From NCBI GenBank assembly GCA_964604255.1, contig CAZRYI010000001.1, positions 1 to 30,492 of the forward strand: a stretch of 30,492 nt of DNA, written 5' to 3'. The notes below the pieces were generated by a model, which was not told the DNA's origin, did not search any database, and saw only the letters and a program-made list of their open reading frames with translations. The position numbers were made by a program, and so were the translations under genes. Origin of the DNA: an uncultured Nitrospirota bacterium. GTDB lineage: Bacteria; Nitrospirota; Nitrospiria; SBBL01; JAADHI01. Below are positions 8,785 to 16,176 of this stretch, in pieces (positions within the stretch are counted from its first letter, which is position 1; the number at the start of each line of letters is the position of its first letter).

Positions 8785-9081
8785 GTGACACCCTCCGCAC
8801 TTGAAGAAAGCAAACATATTTCAGCGCGTCACTTGAAAGAAAAACAGGGCTTCCCCTGGGAGGTCATTCTTTTTAACGATGAAGTGCACAGTTGTGATGA
8901 GGTTGTTTTTCAAATTCAAAAAGCCACAGGCGTAGGACTTGAGGCCGCAACACAAGTGATGATGAAAGTCCATCTCGAAGGTCTTGCGATTTGTTATGCC
9001 GGCCCACTCGAAAAATGTGAGCGTGTCGCGCTGGTTTTACGTGAGATCAGTTTGATTGTTGAGGTCTTACGGGGAAATTAA
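8785..9081 (+). CDS. clpS: ClpS-family N-degron adaptor (atypical)
   Basis: 98 aa; WEVILFNDEVHSCDEVV...A..MMKVHLEGLAIC fits the ClpS fold pattern (ND motif plus conserved His). No clpA adjacent. Confidence 0.75.
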   Translation: MTPSALEESKHISARHLKEKQGFPWEVILFNDEVHSCDEVVFQIQKATGVGLEAATQVMMKVHLEGLAICYAGPLEKCERVALVLREISLIVEVLRGN

Positions 9082-9101
9082 AACGAAGGGGTGACGATCC
9101 G

Positions 9102-10094
9102 TTAATGGTCTCTTTGTACAACGTAGTCGGCAATGGCAGTGAGGGCTTGCCGATGCTGAGAGTCGCCAAAAGAGTTCAGATCTCTTTTTGCGGTATCCGA
9201 AAAACTTTGGGCGCGTTTCAGGGCGTAGTCAGTCGAGCCGTAGGCGATCATCAAGTCGATGACCTTCGTCAGGTCATCGGGCAGAAAATCGTCCCCGCTG
9301 ATCAATTTTTCGAGCCAGATGCGTTCTGAGTCATTGCAATGCTGCAAGAGGTGGATTAAGGGTAGGGTGATTTTACCCTCCTTCAAGTCTTCCCCGAGTG
9401 ATTTCCCCAGCCTATCGTCATCAGCAATGTAGTCGAGTGTGTCATCGGCCACCTGAAAAGCGATCCCGAGGTTTTTGCCATAAGAGCGGAGTGCTTCTTT
9501 TTCCACTTCCGGCGCATCTGCGATAATCGCCCCGAAAAGACAACTGGTCGAGATGAGAGAGGCTGTTTTATATTCGATAATTTGAAGATAGGTCTCTTCG
9601 GAAAGGTGGAGGTTGTTGTTGTGATTGAGCTGCAACATCTCCCCTTCCGCCATTCTGAGACAGGTGTTGGCAAGCAGGTTGTTGATTTCTAGTTTGTCGA
9701 TTTTAACGGTCAGGGAAAGGGCCAGGGTGTAAAGATAATCTCCGACCAGAATACTGGCCTGATTGCCCCACAACACCCGCGCGGGTGAAATGCCCCTGCG
9801 GATTTCTGCATTGTCGATGACATCGTCGTGCAGTAGCGTGGCCGTATGAATAAACTCAACAATGCTGCCGCCCATATTGATGAATTTTTTGTTGACACCA
9901 TCACAAAGGTGGGCGCTGATGATCAGCAGCAGCGGTCGAATCCGTTTTCCACCGCTGTCGATAATATACTGGGCGACCTTGTTCACAAGCTCGACTTCTG
10001 AACGCAGTTCCCGGCGAATTTCGGCCTCAACTTCACTCAGGAGCGTTTTATGCTCCGACCAGACCTGCTCCATATCGACCATGTTCTGTATCAC
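9102..10094 (-). CDS. ispB: Long-chain polyprenyl diphosphate synthase (IspB-like)
   Basis: GGKRIRP, LLHDDVID...RRG (FARM), YKTASL, GIAFQVADD (SARM), GEDLKEGKITLP. ATG 10082 is an equally plausible start. Confidence 0.88.
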   Translation of the reverse strand: MIQNMVDMEQVWSEHKTLLSEVEAEIRRELRSEVELVNKVAQYIIDSGGKRIRPLLLIISAHLCDGVNKKFINMGGSIVEFIHTATLLHDDVIDNAEIRRGISPARVLWGNQASILVGDYLYTLALSLTVKIDKLEINNLLANTCLRMAEGEMLQLNHNNNLHLSEETYLQIIEYKTASLISTSCLFGAIIADAPEVEKEALRSYGKNLGIAFQVADDTLDYIADDDRLGKSLGEDLKEGKITLPLIHLLQHCNDSERIWLEKLISGDDFLPDDLTKVIDLMIAYGSTDYALKRAQSFSDTAKRDLNSFGDSQHRQALTAIADYVVQRDH

Positions 10095-10117
10095 CTAGGC
10101 TCCCCAAAAAGAACAGA

Positions 10118-10146
10118 ATAGTAGGGGAAGCCGTATTCTATGTCAA
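10118..10146 (-). promoter_or_regulatory. Sigma70 promoter for the polyprenyl synthase gene
   Basis: TTGACA (10146-10141), 17-nt spacer, TACTAT (10123-10118). Confidence 0.75.
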
Positions 10147-10225
10147 GACCAAGTCAGGACTGGCAGTGAGGGCTTTTTACCCCCTCTTGTTCTGCTTGCA
10201 TGCTTCTGATAGTTTGCCCGCAATT

Positions 10226-10894
10226 ATGAATGAAAATGCCTCCGCTCCTGATATCAACATCATCATGCCCCTGCTTACAGCAGAGGCCCGTCGGCTGAAA
10301 GTGCCGGTTGTGGGTGTTATTGCACAGGAGACAAATGACCCTTTTCAGGTGCTCATTTCCTGCCTGCTGAGTCTTCGTACCCGAGATGAAACGACCTTTG
10401 CGGCCTCAAAGCGACTCTTTAAACTTGCGAATGAACCTTCCAGTATGATGAAGCTCAGAACTGAAACCATCGAATCGGCGATTTATCCAGTGTCATTTTA
10501 TCGCAATAAAACGGCGCAAATCCTTAAAATTTGTCAGCGCTTGCTGACCGTTTATGAAGGCAAGGTACCCGATACAATTGATCAACTTTTGACCCTATCC
10601 GGCGTGGGCCGAAAGACTGCGAACCTCGTGGTGAGTGTGGCCTACCATCTTCCGGCAATTTGTGTTGATACCCATGTGCACCGAATTTCGAACCGTTTTG
10701 GCTTGATCAAGACCTCGGCTGCCGACGAAAGTGAGCAGGTCTTACGGAAGAAACTACCCAAGACATATTGGATTCACTATAACGATGTGCTGGTGCCCTT
10801 CGGGCAATTTGTCTGCACACCCATTTCCCCTTTTTGTAGCCGATGTGTCATCCAGCATCTTTGCCCTCAACGCGGGGTGATTAAAAAGCGCTAG
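10226..10894 (+). CDS. nth: Endonuclease III (HhH-GPD DNA glycosylase with 4Fe-4S cluster)
   Basis: LLSLRTRDE, HhH LSGVGRKTANLV, VDTHVHRI, C-x6-C-x2-C-x5-C (CTPISPFCSRCVIQHLC). Start set to ATG 10226; the track start is 10166. Confidence 0.92.
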   Translation: MNENASAPDINIIMPLLTAEARRLKVPVVGVIAQETNDPFQVLISCLLSLRTRDETTFAASKRLFKLANEPSSMMKLRTETIESAIYPVSFYRNKTAQILKICQRLLTVYEGKVPDTIDQLLTLSGVGRKTANLVVSVAYHLPAICVDTHVHRISNRFGLIKTSAADESEQVLRKKLPKTYWIHYNDVLVPFGQFVCTPISPFCSRCVIQHLCPQRGVIKKR

Positions 10895-10924
10895 GACTTG
10901 ACCTGAATGCCAGCGTCTTCACAT

Positions 10925-10953
10925 TTGACAGTATGCATGGTATTCAATATGCT
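10925..10953 (+). promoter_or_regulatory. Sigma70 promoter, probably yielding a leaderless mRNA
   Basis: TTGACA (10925-10930), 17 nt, TATGCT (10948-10953), then 7 nt to ATG 10961; no SD sequence. Confidence 0.65.
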
Positions 10954-10960
10954 TCGCGCC

Positions 10961-11965
10961 ATGATGAATCCAAAAAAATCGTTTAATAAATTCTCGCCGC
11001 TTCTGAGCTTGCTGCTGGCCGCACTCTTCATTCTATTTCCCATTGTTTCTGATGCAAGTGCGGAAGCTCAACTAGGTGTCTTGCGGGGTCAAGTCACCAT
11101 TAACGGAGAAAAAGTGGCTCATGCAGTCGTTGCCCTCGCGAATCAAGACGGCTCAGCTTTTCCCCCCTCTCCGATGGAAACAACCATCGTCCAGGAAGAA
11201 CTTCAATTTTCTCCGGCTTTCAGTATTGTGACACCGGGTACGACCATTTCTTTTGAAAACCGGGACGATAATATTCACAACGTGTGGTCGCGAAGCCCAT
11301 CGAACCCTTTTGATATTGGCTCCCACCTGCCTAAAACGGTTAAACAAGTCCTCCTGAAAAATAGAGGCGCTGTTTCCCTGCACTGTAAAGTACACGTCGA
11401 AATGAGTGCTTTGGTTTATGTTTCACCCTCTCCCTTTTTTGCCATGACCGACAAACAGGGACATTTTGAAATCAAAGACATTCCTTTTGGCGCTTATGCT
11501 ATTGAAACCTGGCACGCAAGCCTCGCCCCAAAAGAAATGTTAGCGGGAAAACAGCTGGTAGAGATTGTACAAAAAACCGGAGCAGTTCATCTTGATCTCA
11601 AGTCCAAAGCTGGTACAGCTCGGAATTTGATAGACATTTCAGCGCAAGACTGGCTGCCGACGATTCAAGAGATCGAAGTCGCATTGACAAAGGCCTTCTC
11701 AAGCTGGCAGAAAAAACGAATGACCTCGGCGGCAAGCAAGGTCATGACCAGTCAGTCCCGCTTATATCGTGGTTCGGGTTTGAGGGATGCCATTGCAAAT
11801 ACCCTGGGAGAACCGCGTGCTTTAGACCATGAATTGCGTTTTGACATGATCCGAAAATGGGTACAGGGCATCACAAAACCGGTAACACCCTCTGAAGTCA
11901 AACAAGCCATTGAATCTTTAGTGACTGACCTGAGAAAAGATGTCGAGGTGCTTGAAGGACTCTAG
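10961..11965 (+). CDS. Exported cupredoxin-like protein with prealbumin/carboxypeptidase-regulatory-like segment and a C-terminal helical domain
   Basis: Signal peptide (MMNPKK...LLLAALFILFPIVSDASA); FSP...V..GTTISFEN.D..IHNV and HCKVHVEM supply His plus Cys-x2-His-x2-Met type-1 copper ligands; TDKQGHFEIKDIPFGAY.I.TWH. Confidence 0.7.
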   Translation: MMNPKKSFNKFSPLLSLLLAALFILFPIVSDASAEAQLGVLRGQVTINGEKVAHAVVALANQDGSAFPPSPMETTIVQEELQFSPAFSIVTPGTTISFENRDDNIHNVWSRSPSNPFDIGSHLPKTVKQVLLKNRGAVSLHCKVHVEMSALVYVSPSPFFAMTDKQGHFEIKDIPFGAYAIETWHASLAPKEMLAGKQLVEIVQKTGAVHLDLKSKAGTARNLIDISAQDWLPTIQEIEVALTKAFSSWQKKRMTSAASKVMTSQSRLYRGSGLRDAIANTLGEPRALDHELRFDMIRKWVQGITKPVTPSEVKQAIESLVTDLRKDVEVLEGL

Positions 11966-12005
11966 CAAAGCGCCTCAACTCCTGGCTTGAAGCCACTGTG
12001 AAGAG

Positions 12006-12356
12006 ATGCAGCGTCGCAGAACCTACTTAAGAATTCCCCTGGCAACAGTGGTTGAACTCAGCCTGGGGACGAAGGAAAACAGCGAAGTCTTTGTTCGCGA
12101 TTTGTCTATTTACGGCATGGGCGGGTATGTTGATCGTGACTACCAAATCGGACAAAGTGTTCTGGTGCGCCTCAATCTCACCACAGCCGATAAAGAAATG
12201 ATTGAAGAATCCATCATGGCGCAAGTGCGCTGGTCGAAGCGCCTGGAGGGCAAAAACAACTTTGCCCTGGGTCTCATCTTTCATGAAATGGCAGAACGGC
12301 AGACAAAACTTTACAACTACCTTCGAGAGTTGGAAGCGCTGGCTTATATTGTTTAA
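12006..12356 (+). CDS. PilZ-domain (c-di-GMP receptor) protein
   Basis: RxxxR (RRRTYLR) and D/NxSxxG (DLSIYG) motifs in a 116-aa stand-alone domain. Confidence 0.8.
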   Translation: MQRRRTYLRIPLATVVELSLGTKENSEVFVRDLSIYGMGGYVDRDYQIGQSVLVRLNLTTADKEMIEESIMAQVRWSKRLEGKNNFALGLIFHEMAERQTKLYNYLRELEALAYIV

Positions 12357-12408
12357 GCGAGTGCTCTCCGTTTAAACTGGTTCTCCCAAGTGTCACGGCG
12401 GCAATCTC

Positions 12409-14055
12409 TTATTGACGCCCTCTTCCGCTACGCTCTTTAAACATCTTTAAAATAAAACCGATCTCCTCACTTTTCAAAAGGAACTGCACTGCGAAGTAGC
12501 CGAAGATGCTGCTACCGATTGCTGTGGCCAGACTGAGTGTTTTGAGCGTCCACGCACCCTCCGATTGCCAGATCGGCTGCCCTGCGAGTAAATAAGCGGG
12601 CAGGATCATGATCAATGAAGAAAAGCCCACCTTGAGATAGCTAGAGACAATTTGTCGAACATCCAGGCTGGGGATTCTCCCTCTTATCATCCAAAGCAAG
12701 GCTAAAAAATTGAAGATGGCAGCGAGCGAGGTTGCGAGTGCAAGCCCTCGGTGCTGCATCGGTTCCATTAAGGCCAGGTTGAGCAGCAGGTTTAAAACCA
12801 TCGAAACGACGGCAATCTTTGCGGGGGTTTTGGTATCTTGCAGGGCATAATAAACCGGCACAACGATCCGAATTCCTGCAAAAGCCCAAAGCCCGACAGC
12901 ATAAAAAAGAACAGCATCGGCGGTACCGGCAGTTGCAGCCGCATCAAATTTTCCGTGTTCAAAAAGCAGATGAACGATGGGTACACGAAAGAGAATAAGA
13001 CCGAGCAAGGCGGGAAAAGTGATAAAAAATACCAGTTTCAGGCCAAAAGAAAAGGATCGCTTCAAAGCCTCAAGATCGCCTCGCGCCGCTTGAGAAGAGA
13101 GCGTAGGCAACAAGGCGGTGGAGAGGGCGACGGCAAAAATACCGAGCGGAAAATGGATGAGTCGCATTCCGTAGTAGAGGTAACTGATGCTACCCAAGGG
13201 TAAAAATGAGGCCAAAAACGTATTCACCAGGAGATTGATCTGAGTAACGGAGAGCCCTAACATCGTCGGTAATATGAGGCGCCCCATCTTCTTGACCCCT
13301 TGATGAATGGGGCGAAGCGGCCTCTGCAAAGCAAGCGAAAAGCCCTCCCGGTGCAAGCTGGGAAGCTGCATCAGAAATTGCGCTAAACCACCCAAGGTCA
13401 CACCAATGGCCGCAGCAAAAACGGGGTGTTCCAATTGGGGCGCCAAGACAAGCAGCATCACAATATTCACGATGTTATAGACTGCCGTTGAAAATGCGGG
13501 TGGGCCGAAACGGCGCAGACTATTGAGCATGCCCATCGTCAATGCTGCAAAGGAAATAAACAGCAGGAAGGGAAACATGATTCGGGCCAGTTCGGCGGTC
13601 AGTGCAAGTTTCTCCGGGTCTTCCATAAAACCGGGTGCGATGAGGCTGACAATCTGAGTCGAAAAAAAGATGCCGGGCAGCACAATCAAAGAAACGATGA
13701 GCAGCAAGACTGTAAAAGTGGCTCGGGCGAGGATTTTTGCTTCGGTTTTTCCTTTTTTTGTCAGCGTTTCTGTAAAGACCGGAACAAAGGCCGCCGACAT
13801 CGATCCTTCGGCGAAAAGTTCACGCAGCAAGTTTGGAATTCGGAAAGCGACATAGAAGGCATCGGCAGTCAAGGAGGCGCCAAAAATCCCTGCCAGAATC
13901 ACATCCCGAATAAAACCTAATATCCGACTTGAGAATGTTCCAATGGAGACAATGCCCGCCGAAGCAATAATGGATTTTTCTGCCCCCTGCTCTTCTGCCT
14001 CTTGCGCTACTTTAAGCTCAGGCTGTGGGCTTTTTTCTTGATTATTTTTTTTCAC
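12409..14055 (-). CDS. murJ: Lipid II flippase MurJ (MviN)
   Basis: SRILGFIRD, ADAFYVAFRIPNLLRELFAEGS, PVYYALQDTKTP; about 14 TM segments; divergent from rpsT. Exact start uncertain. Confidence 0.95.
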   Translation of the reverse strand: MKKNNQEKSPQPELKVAQEAEEQGAEKSIIASAGIVSIGTFSSRILGFIRDVILAGIFGASLTADAFYVAFRIPNLLRELFAEGSMSAAFVPVFTETLTKKGKTEAKILARATFTVLLLIVSLIVLPGIFFSTQIVSLIAPGFMEDPEKLALTAELARIMFPFLLFISFAALTMGMLNSLRRFGPPAFSTAVYNIVNIVMLLVLAPQLEHPVFAAAIGVTLGGLAQFLMQLPSLHREGFSLALQRPLRPIHQGVKKMGRLILPTMLGLSVTQINLLVNTFLASFLPLGSISYLYYGMRLIHFPLGIFAVALSTALLPTLSSQAARGDLEALKRSFSFGLKLVFFITFPALLGLILFRVPIVHLLFEHGKFDAAATAGTADAVLFYAVGLWAFAGIRIVVPVYYALQDTKTPAKIAVVSMVLNLLLNLALMEPMQHRGLALATSLAAIFNFLALLWMIRGRIPSLDVRQIVSSYLKVGFSSLIMILPAYLLAGQPIWQSEGAWTLKTLSLATAIGSSIFGYFAVQFLLKSEEIGFILKMFKERSGRGRQ

Positions 14056-14085
14056 TTGACTTCTTGTTGAATCACGTATTATAAA
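14056..14085 (+). promoter_or_regulatory. Sigma70 promoter for rpsT
   Basis: TTGACT (14056-14061), 18 nt, TATAAA (14080-14085); SD AGGAGG at 14101-14106. Confidence 0.6.
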
Positions 14086-14113
14086 TTTCTGTTCATTTTA
14101 AGGAGGTAAGATC

Positions 14114-14401
14114 TTGGCAAATCATCCATCAGCACTAAAACGGGTACGGCAATCTGAGAAACGACGGAAAAGAAATCGCGCCGTTGCCTCGACTGTTAGA
14201 ACTGAAATCAAAAAACTAAATACCTCCGTCTTGGAAGAAGCGAGTGAGCCTATCAAAAATCACTTGCAGTCGGCAATATCAACACTCGACCGCGCTGGCT
14301 CAAAGGGTGTGATCCCGAAAAAAAGAGCCTCTCGTAAAATTTCCCGCCTCACCAAGATGGCAAATAAAGCACTCAGTACAGACAACACAGAGTCCAGCTA
14401 A
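14114..14401 (+). CDS. rpsT: 30S ribosomal protein S20
   Basis: MANHPSALKRVRQSEKRRKRNR...KGVIPKKRASRKISRL; TTG start with a strong SD. Confidence 0.96.
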   Translation: MANHPSALKRVRQSEKRRKRNRAVASTVRTEIKKLNTSVLEEASEPIKNHLQSAISTLDRAGSKGVIPKKRASRKISRLTKMANKALSTDNTESS

Positions 14402-14428
14402 CACCTACTGTTCTTGCATCACAATAGA

Positions 14429-14473
14429 AAAGCCCCTGTTCCAAGAAACAATGGACAGGGGCTTTCTTTGTTT
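14429..14473 (+). terminator. Intrinsic terminator between convergent rpsT and holA (possibly bidirectional)
   Basis: Stem AAAGCCCCTGT (14429-14439) / ACAGGGGCTTT (14455-14465) followed by CTTTGTTT; A-run on the 5' side. Confidence 0.8.
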
Positions 14474-14506
14474 CAAGACTTCAGGAAGGCAATCACACCT
14501 GTCTCT

Positions 14507-15568
14507 TCAAACAAGCTGTGCATGAAACGGGAGGGTATAATCTGCTCTGGTTTTTTCAGCATTGGCGGGACGACACAAGTCCAGAAGCAGTGCTTCCAGA
14601 ACAAAACCAGCAGAGAGGCCGCCCCCTTTTAATTGAGAATCGGCTGAGAGGGCGTGCGCAAAGGCCTCTTGAATTTCTTCTGATTGCCATAAGCGGAGTT
14701 GTTGCAGGAAGCGCCTGAAAAGACCGGGCGGCATCGGCACTTTTTTGGATATGGCAGATTCCGCTTGACCCGCGTCCAACACAGCCCTGGCCAGCGCGAA
14801 CTGCCGCCATTGCCGTGTTAACATCGTTAGGATATAGAGCGGATGCAGACCTTCCGATAGTAGATGGTTGAGCAGGCGAATCGCCTGGGTGATGTCTTTA
14901 TCGCCCACAGCATTGGTTAATTCAAAAATAGAATGGCTGCGTCCGCCACCCACAACCCGCTGCACAAGAGAACCTGCGACTTCTTCCTCGGAGCCGGAAG
15001 TCTCTCCCGCAGCATACAAGCAGACTTTTTCAATTTCTCGCTGCAATGCAGTCAAATCCCTGCCGATATGCTCTTTTAAAAACCAGATGGCCTCTTGTGA
15101 AAGGTTTAAGCCTTTTTGCCTGGCTTCCTGTGCGATCCAGGCGGGAATCTCACGATCATAAAGACGCGGGCAAGTGAAGAGGGTCGCGCGTTTTTTTAAA
15201 GTCGCAAACAGTTTTTTTCGCATGTCCAGTTTCTGAGCAACAAAAACAAGGACGGTCGATTCAGAGGGATCGTTGAGATAGCTCAGAAAATCCCCGCGCT
15301 CGTCTTTAATCTGATCCGCATTTTGAACGATTAACATTCTCCGGGAACTGAACACGGGAAAAGTATTTGCAATGGAAATGACTTCAGCCGAAAGCAGCGA
15401 TTCGCCCTGAAAACGATGAAGATTAAAGTCAGCCGTGGCGGGATCAATGGCTTTTTCCAGAAAATGTGTCAGGAGTTGTTCCACTAAAAAAGATTCTTCC
15501 CCTGTGATCAGATAGCAGGAAGCATACTTCTCTTGGCTCAGGTGACGCATCCCTTCCTGAAAGTTCAC
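14507..15568 (-). CDS. holA: DNA polymerase III delta subunit
   Basis: YLITGEESFL, FNLHRFQG, TFPVFSSRRMLIV, IFELTNAVG; typical leuS-lptE-holA order. Confidence 0.92.
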   Translation of the reverse strand: MNFQEGMRHLSQEKYASCYLITGEESFLVEQLLTHFLEKAIDPATADFNLHRFQGESLLSAEVISIANTFPVFSSRRMLIVQNADQIKDERGDFLSYLNDPSESTVLVFVAQKLDMRKKLFATLKKRATLFTCPRLYDREIPAWIAQEARQKGLNLSQEAIWFLKEHIGRDLTALQREIEKVCLYAAGETSGSEEEVAGSLVQRVVGGGRSHSIFELTNAVGDKDITQAIRLLNHLLSEGLHPLYILTMLTRQWRQFALARAVLDAGQAESAISKKVPMPPGLFRRFLQQLRLWQSEEIQEAFAHALSADSQLKGGGLSAGFVLEALLLDLCRPANAEKTRADYTLPFHAQLV

Positions 15569-16173
15569 TGTGTCCCTTCCTTTTCCGGGTTTTGTGCAGC
15601 TTGAAGCAAATCAGCTTGCATCAAAACCAGTAGGCGATGGGCCATGTCTCGCCCTGCTTCTCGAATGGCCCGATCCTTTGCGGTACGATCTTCCTCGGAA
15701 CCGGGCCGCGCAATGTATTCTGCCTCCCCCTCAATGAGTTTGGAAAAGCGTTCTGCCCCGTCTTTTGATTTCAAAAGCGTGACTTTCAAAGTGATGTTGA
15801 TGCGATACTCCCGGGCCCGACCGATTTGATCTAAAGAGATGGGCTTCCGCCCGAAACTTGTAATCCGCCCGATCAGTACTTTCGATTTTTCCTGAGCATC
15901 ATCCTGTGCTGAAGCGCCTGCATTCACCTGCCAGCCCTGCTCATAGAGTGTCGTTTTAAAAATCGACGTCAGCGTTTTCTCCAGCAAAGGTTCAAAGGTG
16001 GCATTTTGAAATAAAGGGACAGATAGGTTTGAGAACGGTGCGTTGAGTGCAATCGGCCTCGGATAAACACATCCTGAAAACCCGAGTAAAACACTTAGCA
16101 TCAGCAGTGGAAAGAGAGGGATTCGGTCATGCTGAGGGTGAGGATGAAGGACTTTATGCAATGGATTGGGCAT
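15565..16173 (-). CDS. lptE: LPS assembly lipoprotein LptE
   Basis: Lipobox FSGC, VPLFQNATFEP, AREYRINITLKV; located between leuS and holA. Confidence 0.8.
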   Translation of the reverse strand: MPNPLHKVLHPHPQHDRIPLFPLLMLSVLLGFSGCVYPRPIALNAPFSNLSVPLFQNATFEPLLEKTLTSIFKTTLYEQGWQVNAGASAQDDAQEKSKVLIGRITSFGRKPISLDQIGRAREYRINITLKVTLLKSKDGAERFSKLIEGEAEYIARPGSEEDRTAKDRAIREAGRDMAHRLLVLMQADLLQAAQNPEKEGTQ

Positions 16174-16176
16174 CGC

